The position numbers were made by a program, and so were the translations under genes. The notes under the pieces were generated by a model, which saw only the letters and a program-made list of their open reading frames with translations, made no database searches and was not told where the DNA came from. Shown one piece after another: positions 36,969 through 45,699 of a DNA stretch of 64,000 bases; position 1 is the first letter of the stretch; each line of letters opens with the position of its first letter. This stretch comes from Eubacteriales bacterium (GTDB taxonomy: Bacteria > Bacillota > Clostridia > Oscillospirales > CAG-272): contig JAZUKN010000057.1 of the NCBI GenBank assembly GCA_045643285.1, positions 10,076 to 74,075 on the forward strand, in the 5' to 3' direction.

Positions 36969-38333
36969 GTGAAACTGTACGATTTTCTGAAAAAACAGGG
37001 CGAGAACGGCAGAATACCGTTCCACATGCCGGGACACATGAGAAAAAAGTTCCCGTATCTCGTCGGCGAAGATATTGATTTCACCGAGATCGACGGGCTT
37101 GACGACCTGCACGCACCGGACGGGATCCTCTGCGACGCAATGGACAACGCCGCGCGTGTTTTCGGTGCGCGGAAAGCGTTCTTTCTCGTCGGCGGTTCGA
37201 CTGTCGGCATTCTTTCCGCAATTTACGCAGTCGCAAACGGCGGAAAAACAGTCGTCGCCGCTCGCAACTGCCACAAGTCCGTCTACAACGCGCTGACGTT
37301 GACCGGATCAAAAGTGAAATACATCTACCCCGAACGGCACCCTCTCGGATTCTCGCTTGAAATCACGCCGCAGTCGGTAAAAGCGGCACTCGCTGAGACG
37401 CCCGACACCGCCGCTGTGATCATTACCTCTCCGACGTACGACGGAGTGGTAAGCGACATAAAATCAATAGCTGAAATCTGCCACGAGAGCGGCGTTCCGC
37501 TCATCGTAGACGCGGCGCACGGCGCACATCTCGGCTTTCTCGACGAACGTGTTCCCTCTCCCGTAAAATGCGGCGCGGACATTGTCGTAACGAGTCTGCA
37601 CAAAACGATGCCGTCGCTCACACAGACAGGACTGCTTCTGCTCTCCGGCGATTTTGCGGATGAAGAAAAGATCGCGTCCTCACTCGGCATATTTGAAACC
37701 TCCAGCCCGTCGTATATTCTCATGGCATCTATCGACGGTTGTGTCCGCTCTTACGGAGACGTGCGGTTGTTCTCCGACTGGCACGAACGCCTTGAAAAGA
37801 TTCGCCGGGCGGCTGAGAACACCGCAGTCACGCTGACGGTGCCGCAGTCGTTCGCGTTTGACGAAAGCAAGCTGATCGTCTCGTCAGACGGCTACACGGG
37901 CGCGGAGATTGCCGGAATACTCAGAGAAAAACACAATATCGAGCCTGAAATGGTGTCGGAAAACTACGTTCTTCTGCTGACGGGCGCAGGGCTGGGAGAC
38001 GCACAGGTGAACGCAGTCTCGGAGTTCTTTGCGTCACTTCCGAGGAAAAGCGGAAATGTTCTACATTTGTCAAGTAACACTCCCGTATGCGAAAGCGTGA
38101 TGACGATGGCAGAAGCCGGCGTGCGCGAAAGCGAAGAAATACAGGCGTCTGCGGCAGTCGGACGTATATCAGCCGATATGCTGACGCCGTATCCGCCGGG
38201 TATCCCGCTCGTCGTTCCCGGAGAAGTCATTTCTTCTACAGCTGTAGAATATATAGAAAAACTGTACGCCGAGGGCACAAAGATCGTCACGCCGCGCGGT
38301 CATTATGACGGCAAGATCCGCGTTCTGCGGTAA
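36969..38333 (+). CDS. PLP-dependent Orn/Lys/Arg decarboxylase-family protein (YaaO-like)
   Basis: IPFHMPGH near the N-terminus and SLHKTMPSLTQ (PLP lysine). The start is the GTG at 36969. The ORF-track start at 36675 overlaps greA in another frame and has no family similarity. Confidence 0.85.
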   Translation: MKLYDFLKKQGENGRIPFHMPGHMRKKFPYLVGEDIDFTEIDGLDDLHAPDGILCDAMDNAARVFGARKAFFLVGGSTVGILSAIYAVANGGKTVVAARNCHKSVYNALTLTGSKVKYIYPERHPLGFSLEITPQSVKAALAETPDTAAVIITSPTYDGVVSDIKSIAEICHESGVPLIVDAAHGAHLGFLDERVPSPVKCGADIVVTSLHKTMPSLTQTGLLLLSGDFADEEKIASSLGIFETSSPSYILMASIDGCVRSYGDVRLFSDWHERLEKIRRAAENTAVTLTVPQSFAFDESKLIVSSDGYTGAEIAGILREKHNIEPEMVSENYVLLLTGAGLGDAQVNAVSEFFASLPRKSGNVLHLSSNTPVCESVMTMAEAGVRESEEIQASAAVGRISADMLTPYPPGIPLVVPGEVISSTAVEYIEKLYAEGTKIVTPRGHYDGKIRVLR

Positions 38334-38381
38334 AAATACAGAATTTTCCGAATAAATATTATTAAAAATTGCCCGTTTCCC

Positions 38382-38410
38382 TTGAAATGGCGGCGTAATA
38401 AGTGTATAAT
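38382..38410 (+). promoter_or_regulatory. Putative sigma-A promoter for glnN
   Basis: TTGAAA (38382..38387), 17-nt spacer, TATAAT (38405..38410). Confidence 0.6.
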
Positions 38411-38441
38411 TATAAATCATTTTAACTTATCGGTGGTTTTT

Positions 38442-40538
38442 ATGGAAACTGTAACGGAATACTTCGGCTTGCTGACATTCAACGACAAAGCGATGCGCGA
38501 ATATCTGCCCGAAGAAATATACGTCTCACTGAAAAAGACGATAGACGAAGGCAAGCGGCTCAACGCAACTATCGCAGACGCAGTCGCAAACGCAATGAAA
38601 GACTGGGCTATCGAGCGCGGATGCACACACTTCACGCACTGGTTCCAGCCGCTCACCGGCATCACCGCCGAAAAGCACGACAGCTTCATCACACCCGTAA
38701 GCGACGGCACTGTTATTATGGAGTTTTCGGGAAAAGAGCTTGTGAGCGGTGAATCCGATGCGTCGTCGTTCCCGTCGGGCGGACTGCGCGCGACATTTGA
38801 AGCGAGAGGCTACACCGCGTGGGACCCGACATCGTACGCTTTTATCAAGGACAAGACGCTATGCATCCCGACGGCGTTCTGCTCGTTCGGCGGAGAGGCG
38901 CTCGACAAGAAAACTCCCCTGCTCCGCTCAATGGAGGCGATCAACACAGAGGCACTCCGCATTCTGAAGCTGTTCGATCCCGAAACGGACGTAGAATGTG
39001 TCCGCACGAGCGTGGGAGCCGAGCAGGAATATTTTCTCGTACCGAAAGAGCTGTACGACAAGCGGCTCGATCTGATAATCACGGGGCGCACGCTGTTCGG
39101 TGCAAAGCCGCCGAAAGGACAGGAGCTTGACGATCACTACTTCGGCGCAATAAAGCCGCGTATCGAAGCGTACATGAAAGAGCTTGACACGGAGCTTTGG
39201 AAGCTCGGGATCCCGGCGAAGACCGAACACAACGAAACGGCACCGGCTCAGCACGAGCTTGCACCCGTATTCTGCCAGGCGAATATTGCGACGGATCACA
39301 ACCAGCTCATGATGGAGATCATGAAAAAGGTCGCAAAGCGGCACGGGCTTGTATGTCTTCTGCACTCAAAGCCGTTCGCAGGCGTAAACGGCTCCGGCAA
39401 GCACAACAACTGGTCGATCTCAACAAACACCGGCGTGAATCTCCTGAAGCCGGGTGAAACACCGCACGAGAACGCGCAGTTTCTTCTGTTCCTCTGCGCT
39501 GTCATCAAGGCGGTCGACGATTATCAGGATCTTCTCCGTATCAGTGCGGCGAATGCCGGAAACGATCACCGTCTCGGCGCGTCCGAAGCACCGCCGGCAA
39601 TAGTCTCGATTTTCCTCGGAGACGAGCTGACAGCCGTCCTCGAAGCACTTGAAACGGATTCTCACTACGACGCACGTGAAAAAACACAGCTCACGCTCGG
39701 CGTTGACGTTCTGCCGAAATTCCCGAAGGACAACACAGACAGAAACAGAACTTCCCCGTTCGCGTTCACCGGAAACAAATTTGAGTTCCGTATGCTCGGT
39801 GCCGCCGACTCGATAGCCGACTGCAATACCGTGCTGAACACTGCGGTTGCGGAATCACTCAGAGAGTTTGCGGACATCCTCGAAAAAGCCGACGACTTCG
39901 GAAAAGCCCTGAACCTGCTCATCCGCGACACCGTAAAGGCGCACAAGAGGATCATTTTCAACGGCAACGGCTACGGCGAAGAATGGGTAAAAGAGGCAAC
40001 AGAGGTCCGCGGACTGATGAATCTGCCGACGACACCGGACGCACTGCCGCACTTTATTGACGAAAAGAACATACGGCTCTTTACCTCACACGGTGTGTTC
40101 ACGGAAGCCGAAATGCGCTCACGGTATGAGATAATGCTCGAAAACTACACGAAGACCGTCCGCATCGAAGCCGCGACGATGGTCGATATGGTATACAAGC
40201 AGATTTTGCCTGCAACCACGGCATACGCAAAAGAGATCGGCGAATGTGCGGCGGCAAAGAAGTCCGTCGGTATCAACAATGTTGCATACGAGACGGAAAT
40301 GCTCGGCAAGCTGTCGTCTCTTTCGGAGATGATCTACAAAAACGCCGAAAAGCTCCGCGACGCGACGGATGAAACGTCGGACGTAAAGGACACCGCTTCC
40401 CGTGCAGTCTGCGTAAAGGAAAAGGTCATCCCTGCGATGAAATCTCTCCGCGCGGTCTCGGACGAAGCCGAATTCATCACGGCGGAAAAATTCTGGCAGT
40501 ACCCGAACTACGCGGCACTTATGTACGCACTGCAATAA
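38442..40538 (+). CDS. glnN: Glutamine synthetase type III
   Basis: About 698 aa from the ATG at 38442. Blocks FTHWFQPLTG, HNETAPAQHELAP and NGSGKHNNWS are typical of GSIII. Confidence 0.93.
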   Translation: METVTEYFGLLTFNDKAMREYLPEEIYVSLKKTIDEGKRLNATIADAVANAMKDWAIERGCTHFTHWFQPLTGITAEKHDSFITPVSDGTVIMEFSGKELVSGESDASSFPSGGLRATFEARGYTAWDPTSYAFIKDKTLCIPTAFCSFGGEALDKKTPLLRSMEAINTEALRILKLFDPETDVECVRTSVGAEQEYFLVPKELYDKRLDLIITGRTLFGAKPPKGQELDDHYFGAIKPRIEAYMKELDTELWKLGIPAKTEHNETAPAQHELAPVFCQANIATDHNQLMMEIMKKVAKRHGLVCLLHSKPFAGVNGSGKHNNWSISTNTGVNLLKPGETPHENAQFLLFLCAVIKAVDDYQDLLRISAANAGNDHRLGASEAPPAIVSIFLGDELTAVLEALETDSHYDAREKTQLTLGVDVLPKFPKDNTDRNRTSPFAFTGNKFEFRMLGAADSIADCNTVLNTAVAESLREFADILEKADDFGKALNLLIRDTVKAHKRIIFNGNGYGEEWVKEATEVRGLMNLPTTPDALPHFIDEKNIRLFTSHGVFTEAEMRSRYEIMLENYTKTVRIEAATMVDMVYKQILPATTAYAKEIGECAAAKKSVGINNVAYETEMLGKLSSLSEMIYKNAEKLRDATDETSDVKDTASRAVCVKEKVIPAMKSLRAVSDEAEFITAEKFWQYPNYAALMYALQ

Positions 40539-40547
40539 AAGTGAAGA

Positions 40548-40628
40548 TGTGACTTCGTCACAGTGAAGTTTGCCTTCGGCAAGTGATGTTCGGCTTCGCC
40601 GAATGATGTTTTCATACTTCGTATGAAA
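40548..40628. repeat. Tandem array of four mini-hairpins directly after the glnN stop
   Basis: Hairpins are tgtgac-ttc-gtcaca (40548..40562), ttgcc-ttc-ggcaa (40570..40582), ttcggc-ttc-gccgaa (40589..40603) and tttcatac-ttc-gtatgaaa (40610..40628), separated by gtgaagt / gtgatg / tgatgt. A module-B-like hairpin follows at 40638..40666. Confidence 0.85.
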
Positions 40629-40680
40629 GTTAAGGAAGAAAAAACGTAACACGGTTACGTTTTTTCAAATAAACAAAACA

Positions 40681-40712
40681 AAAAATCTGTATCGGAAGAT
40701 ACAGATTTTTTT
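40681..40712. terminator. Bidirectional intrinsic terminator between convergent glnN and M23 peptidase genes
   Basis: aaaaatctgtatc-ggaa-gatacagattttt, a 13-bp stem including the A and T runs. Confidence 0.85.
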
Positions 40713-40740
40713 ACATTAACTGCGCGGAGCACATCATAAC

Positions 40741-40801
40741 TTGCCGAAGGCAATCATCACTTCACGAAGTGAATCATCACTGCTCACTGTGACGTAGTCA
40801 C
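40741..40801. repeat. Mirror-image mini-hairpin array after the M23 peptidase gene stop
   Basis: Hairpins are ttgcc-gaa-ggcaa (40741..40753), ttcac-gaa-gtgaa (40761..40773) and gtgac-gta-gtcac (40789..40801), with tcatcac spacers. The first is the exact reverse complement of 40570..40582. Confidence 0.85.
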
Positions 40802-40807
40802 TTTTCC

Positions 40808-41614
40808 TCAGTCTTCGACTAAATCCTTGAGGAACACTACCTCGACGTATTCCGCAGGGTCTTTCGCCTCTCCGTTTACCGAAAGCTCAAAGTGAACGTG
40901 GTCTTCTTCGCCGCTTTCGATCAGTGCGGTGTCGCCCGATACGCCGATAACGTCACCTTTTGCAACAGTGTCACCGACTGCGTGCATCGAAAGCGTCTCT
41001 TCGGCAAGTCCCTTATATTTCGTCTCGGAACCTCCGGAGTGGGAAACCGCAACCGTCACGCCCATCATCGGATCGTCGTAAACTTCGCTTATCACGCCGT
41101 CAGCCGCCGCGCAGACCGGTGTTCCTGCCGATGCCGCAAAATCAAGTCCGCCATGCGTGCGGTAGTCGTTCATCGTGTACGAAAAAACGGGAGTCGCAAG
41201 GCTCGCGCCCTTTATAACGATAGAATCTACCGGTGCGATGAAGCTCGGCAATACGTCTTCTGCAATTACTTCAACCGTTTCTTCCGGCTCTGCGTCCGTC
41301 TTTTCAGTGGGCTTTGTCTCTTTCGACGGCTTAGACGGCTCGTCCGGCTTTACTTCGGGTGTTGTCTTGCCTTTTTCGTCGGTCTTGTTCTCTTTTTCGG
41401 TCTTTACGTCCGTTTCGGGAGTCTGAGTATCTGTGTTTTCGGTCTTGTTTTCTTCCGACTGCTCCGTCTGCTTCTCAAGCGGAGGATTTTCTTCCGATTT
41501 TCTCTTGTTCGCGCTTCCCGTAACACCGACGAGAACGGCGGACGACGCGAGGATCACCACAAGTGCTCCGAGGAGGAGTTTATTCTGTTTGTTTACTGAC
41601 GTATTGTTTGCCAT
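40808..41614 (-). CDS. M23-family metallopeptidase with N-terminal membrane anchor (possibly SpoIIQ-like)
   Basis: The ATG at 41614 has an AAAGG-type RBS. The protein has a TM helix LLLGALVVILASSAVLV, a low-complexity E/K/T linker, and a LytM domain with HGGLDF and HVHFEL. The ORF-track extension to 41854 has no support. Confidence 0.82.
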   Translation of the reverse strand: MANNTSVNKQNKLLLGALVVILASSAVLVGVTGSANKRKSEENPPLEKQTEQSEENKTENTDTQTPETDVKTEKENKTDEKGKTTPEVKPDEPSKPSKETKPTEKTDAEPEETVEVIAEDVLPSFIAPVDSIVIKGASLATPVFSYTMNDYRTHGGLDFAASAGTPVCAAADGVISEVYDDPMMGVTVAVSHSGGSETKYKGLAEETLSMHAVGDTVAKGDVIGVSGDTALIESGEEDHVHFELSVNGEAKDPAEYVEVVFLKDLVED

Positions 41615-41776
41615 ATCTTTACCTTTCTTTTTGATGCGTATTTGTCTCACGCCTTTATTTTTGCCACGGGAAGATTTTTTATACAGCAGAAAAATATTTT
41701 TCACCGAAAAGGTTGTACTTCCCTGCTTTTCCTCATAATATATCGTACAGTCACGCCTGTCCGATAACCGTGCGCT

Positions 41777-41804
41777 TGATTTTTTCTCCCCGATATGATA
41801 GAAT
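41777..41804 (+). promoter_or_regulatory. Putative sigma-A promoter (extended -10) for the GHL10-amidase lipoprotein gene
   Basis: TTGATT (41777..41782), 16-nt spacer ending TGa, TAGAAT (41799..41804). Confidence 0.5.
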
Positions 41805-41853
41805 ATTGTCGTAAAACCGCGATACTCGTGATACCCCACGAAAGGATAACACA

Positions 41854-44853
41854 ATGAAAAAGCGCTTACAGCTTATCACAACGCTTGTTCTTTTGATAAT
41901 AATGACAGCTTGCCTCTCGTCCTGCACAAGCGACAGAGACTTTTCTGCTCCACGTCTTCCGGCTGACGGTACTGTGATCCCGCTCACAAAAATAATCAAC
42001 CCAGACTCAGAAGTCCGCGGCGTGTGGATAGCGTCCGTCTTCAATATCGACTACCCGTCTTCTGCCGACCTTTCGGCTGAAGATTTACGCGCGGAGATAG
42101 ACGAGATCATCTCGACCTGCAAACAAAGCGGCGTGAATACTATATATTTCCAGGTCCGCCCGTCGTGCGACGCACTGTACGAGAGCGACATTTTCCCCGT
42201 GTCGAAATATCTTTCGTCGTCGGGTGAGCTGACTTTCGATCCGCTCGGATATATAGTCGAGACGGCGCACCGCGAGAACATCTTCGTTCACGCATGGGTC
42301 AATCCTCTCCGCGTAACTGCCGACGGAAGCACTCTCGATTCTCTCCCGGATTCTTCTCCGGCAAAGGCGCATCCCGAATGGGTGGTCGAATACTCCGGAA
42401 AGCTCTATTTTGACGCAGGTATCCCCGAAGTACGCACGCTCATCTCCGACGGGGTAAGCGAGATCGTCAGAAAATACGACGTCGACGGAGTGGTTTTCGA
42501 CGACTATTTCTACCCCTACCCGGTATACGGAGACAACAAAAAAATCCTTGATTTTGACGACGGCGACACATACGCCGTACACTGCGGTAATTTTACAAAT
42601 GTAGAAGATTGGCGGCGTGAGAACGTCAACGAAATGATACGCGCCTGCTATGAAGCCGTTCATGAAGCGGACAAAGACTGCGTGTTCGGCGTTGCACCGT
42701 TCGGCGTATGGCAGAACAACAACGGCAAGAACGGCGGAAGCGACACCGCAAACCTTGAAGCGTACAGTTCACTCTACTGCGACGCGCTCGCGTGGGTAAA
42801 GGGCGGATATATCGACTTCCTCTCGCCGCAGATTTATTGGGAATTTACAAACAAAACCTCGCCGTATGATGTAGTTCTTCGCTGGTGGAACGCCAAGCTC
42901 GACGGAACGGGTGTAAAGCTGATCGTCTCCCACGCGCTTCATCAGTACAACGGCGACTGGAAATACCCTGAGGGCGAGATCACGGAGCAGATCGTCTACT
43001 CGCGCTCCGAAAAGCAGTACTACGGAAGCGCCTGCTACGGCTACAGCGTGCTCGAAAATAACGTCCGCGGCGCGTCTGACGAGCTTAAAAAAGTATGGTC
43101 GGGCGAGATCGTTTACACCGGCATTTCGTCGACCGGCTCGCCTGTCACGTTCTCATCCCCCGAAAACGATTCCGTCACATATAACGACCGCACGTTCCTC
43201 CTCGGGCAGTGCGATCCGGCTTATCCGCTCACAATGGGCGGCGAGCCGATCAGCATGACGAAAAGCGGCTATTTCAGCACATATCTGCATCTCACGGAGG
43301 GCGAGAACGTTTTCGTCTTCACGCAGAACGGGAAAGAATACGAATACAAAATCACATACAAGACCTCATACGACGGAGTCACGGAGAAAACCGGCGTGTA
43401 TTCCGACACGGTGGACGCCGTGAACATTTATCCAATGACCGACACGGCGACATCCGACGGCACTATGTGGGTGCAGTGCTACGCGCCGAACGGGAGCACG
43501 GTGACGGCGTCCGTCGGAGGTATCTCAACAAAACTGAAACGGCTCACTGATCCCGTACCCGGCGGAAAGGGTTATGCCTGTGTGCTGTACGGTGCGGAGA
43601 TCTCGCTTCCGTCCTCCCCGGACGGAGTTGTGACCGACTGCGGAAACATCATTCTGACAGTCGAGCACAAGGACGGCACAGCGACGAAAACCGGTGGGCG
43701 CGTGCGCATCCTCGGCGAAGGTGCGAGCTTGTGCGTCCGTGCGAAACAGGACTACACCGAGTTGAAAATCACCGAAAACAGCTTATATTACAACGACTAC
43801 ACCGTTCAGTCCGCCGGAATGACCGACTACGCCGACGCGCTCTCTGACGGATTCTATCACCTCCGCATGGGCGGTTATGTCTACGAAAGCGCCATGGAAG
43901 AGATCGACGATCCGAAATTGTGCGACAAATGTAGAATTGAGTCGGTGAAGGTGTCGGACGACGGCGAGCGGACAAGTATAGTCTTCCGTGCGACTGACAG
44001 TATGCCATACAACGGATGTATCGACGGAGATTCGTTCGTCGTGACGTTCTACAACGCGGACGGGGAAAACTCAGCAGACGCGGAGATCGGCGAGAATCCG
44101 TTTTTTGAGTCGTGCGACGTGATACGACTCGAAAAAAAGGTTAGATATTCGTTCCCGCTCTATGACACGGACAACTTCTATGGGTTTGATCTCATGTACG
44201 GCGACGGCGAGATCGTCGTGACACTGCGCGATCCCGTGAAGATAGACGCGACGGCGGAAAAACCGCTTGAGGGAAAAATCATCGTACTTGACGCAGGTCA
44301 CGGAGGAGAAGACAGCGGTGCGGTCGGCATGAAAACTCTCGGCGGACGGGCTGACGAAAAGGACGTAAACCTTGCAGTCGTTCTTGCGGCGGAGAAAAAG
44401 CTCTCGTCTCTCGGCGCGGACGTGAGGCTAACGAGAAGCGACGACAGCACGTTTTCACTTGTCGGGAACGACGGGCGGATGAAGTATCTCGAAGCGCTTG
44501 AGCCGGACTTGTGCGTGTCCGTTCATCAGAACTCGGACGAGTACACGAAAGACATACGAAGCACGCACGGCACGCTCGGGCTATGGTGCATGGACGGCGG
44601 AACGATGCTCGCGGAATGTGTATCGAAATCGGTGGCGGAGGCGCTCGGGCGAATGTGGCAAGATTCGCGCTATCAGATGCTTGCGATGTGCCGCAATCCG
44701 AAATTCCCGGCGGCACTGATCGAGGTCGGATATATGACGAGCGCGGAGGAATACGAGCTGATGACGACGGAGGTAGGGGTAAACCGCGCGGCAGACGGGA
44801 TAGTCGACGGGATACTCGAATGGTACGCACGGCAGGAGAAGTACATAAAATAA
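41854..44853 (+). CDS. Large lipoprotein fusing a glycosyl-hydrolase-like 10 (GHL10/DUF187) domain and a C-terminal N-acetylmuramoyl-L-alanine amidase (Amidase_3)
   Basis: 999 aa with a signal peptide and Cys lipobox (IIMTACLSSC). A GHL10-like block RGVWIASVFNIDYPS is followed by a central beta-rich region and the C-terminal IIVLDAGHGGEDSGAVG amidase_3 motif. Confidence 0.85.
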   Translation: MKKRLQLITTLVLLIIMTACLSSCTSDRDFSAPRLPADGTVIPLTKIINPDSEVRGVWIASVFNIDYPSSADLSAEDLRAEIDEIISTCKQSGVNTIYFQVRPSCDALYESDIFPVSKYLSSSGELTFDPLGYIVETAHRENIFVHAWVNPLRVTADGSTLDSLPDSSPAKAHPEWVVEYSGKLYFDAGIPEVRTLISDGVSEIVRKYDVDGVVFDDYFYPYPVYGDNKKILDFDDGDTYAVHCGNFTNVEDWRRENVNEMIRACYEAVHEADKDCVFGVAPFGVWQNNNGKNGGSDTANLEAYSSLYCDALAWVKGGYIDFLSPQIYWEFTNKTSPYDVVLRWWNAKLDGTGVKLIVSHALHQYNGDWKYPEGEITEQIVYSRSEKQYYGSACYGYSVLENNVRGASDELKKVWSGEIVYTGISSTGSPVTFSSPENDSVTYNDRTFLLGQCDPAYPLTMGGEPISMTKSGYFSTYLHLTEGENVFVFTQNGKEYEYKITYKTSYDGVTEKTGVYSDTVDAVNIYPMTDTATSDGTMWVQCYAPNGSTVTASVGGISTKLKRLTDPVPGGKGYACVLYGAEISLPSSPDGVVTDCGNIILTVEHKDGTATKTGGRVRILGEGASLCVRAKQDYTELKITENSLYYNDYTVQSAGMTDYADALSDGFYHLRMGGYVYESAMEEIDDPKLCDKCRIESVKVSDDGERTSIVFRATDSMPYNGCIDGDSFVVTFYNADGENSADAEIGENPFFESCDVIRLEKKVRYSFPLYDTDNFYGFDLMYGDGEIVVTLRDPVKIDATAEKPLEGKIIVLDAGHGGEDSGAVGMKTLGGRADEKDVNLAVVLAAEKKLSSLGADVRLTRSDDSTFSLVGNDGRMKYLEALEPDLCVSVHQNSDEYTKDIRSTHGTLGLWCMDGGTMLAECVSKSVAEALGRMWQDSRYQMLAMCRNPKFPAALIEVGYMTSAEEYELMTTEVGVNRAADGIVDGILEWYARQEKYIK

Positions 44854-44860
44854 AGCGGCA

Positions 44861-44895
44861 AACCGCGGAGAGAAGAAAAAACCTCCGCGGTTTTT
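44861..44895 (+). terminator. Intrinsic terminator after the GHL10-amidase gene
   Basis: aaccgcggag / 12-nt loop / ctccgcggtt followed by TTTTT. Confidence 0.8.
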
Positions 44896-44919
44896 GTATT
44901 CCCTTTTTTCTTTGGCAAA

Positions 44920-45560
44920 GAAAGAGAGAAAACGTCAGAGACGTTTTTATTATCCTAACTTGTTTACAAGTGGGCAGACGGGTATTTATCCAAACCGCAC
45001 GTTTGGATTCGTTTTTCCGCTACGCGCGGGGGCGCACAAGAGCGTACCGCGACGCTCTTGTGAATCACCGCGCTTAGGGGGAAGGTCGCTGCGCTCTATT
45101 CCCCCTAAGAACCCCTTTGTTGCAAAGTAATTGCAAATCTATTATTATCTAATCATTTATTAACGATTATGTTATACTTTATAATGAGCGGCAGCGCGCT
45201 ATTATTAACGATCTAAATCCTCGAAAACGTCGCACTCGCTTTGTGACAAGGGAGATTCCAACCGAGATGCGGAGCATCTCGACGACTTCGTTTACGAAGT
45301 CGGTAGGCGTGAATTGACGAAGTCCTTCCCCCTTTGGTTCGGTGATTGACAAGAGCGTCGAATAACGCTCTTGTCCGCCGTCCGCCGCGTATACATATGC
45401 CGGACAAAAAGATGAATTTGAAAACGTCACCGACGTTTTCTACCTTTTGCCGATGTAAAGAGTGTGCAGATCGTTCGGCGGCAGGAGTAACGCGTATACA
45501 TACGCACTGCCCTACGGCATACAGGTGAAGTTCACGCGAAGCCGCAAAATTTGTGCAAAG
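44920..45560. repeat. Second double copy of the mosaic hairpin-module repeat (left arm 44920..45140 forward, core 45141..45230, right arm 45231..45560 inverted)
   Basis: Hairpins lie at 44928..44948, 44959..44970, 44990..45006, 45035..45062, 45073..45109, 45263..45281, 45283..45302, 45348..45375, 45420..45440 and 45492..45505. The core segment 45181..45222 matches 15846..15887 at 40 of 42 positions. Confidence 0.9.
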
Positions 45561-45608
45561 CGCAAAAACGTATTTGCAAAAAACCGCTTAGGTTTTTTCC
45601 TTTTCCCG

Positions 45609-45637
45609 TTGACCTTCCGACATTTTCGGAGTATAAT
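45609..45637 (+). promoter_or_regulatory. Sigma-A promoter for the DUF512-der-plsY unit
   Basis: TTGACC (45609..45614), 17-nt spacer, TATAAT (45632..45637). Confidence 0.65.
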
Positions 45638-45699
45638 ATAAAATAGGTTAAAAGGGAAAAATATGTTTATCCGCAAACACGCCGAAAGGAGACGGGATC

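Noticed and set aside
40548-40628. Reading the ttcg-containing hairpins as C(UUCG)G tetraloops
   Set aside because: When paired out, the stems close fully and leave 3-nt loops (ttc on one strand, gaa/gta/gca on the other). The canonical UUCG tetraloop geometry is therefore not present.
23912-40801. Idea that the periodic hairpin arrays (23912..23982, 40548..40628, 40741..40801) are miniature CRISPR arrays
   Set aside because: The constant parts are only 3 to 8 nt and the variable parts are self-complementary hairpins of 13 to 19 nt. This differs from the ~30-nt repeats and unique spacers of CRISPR. No cas genes or leader are present.
41615-41854. N-terminal 80-codon extension of the M23 peptidase ORF
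   Set aside because: It crosses the divergent promoter region of the 41854 gene. The ATG at 41614 has an RBS and is followed by a typical basic N-terminus and TM anchor.
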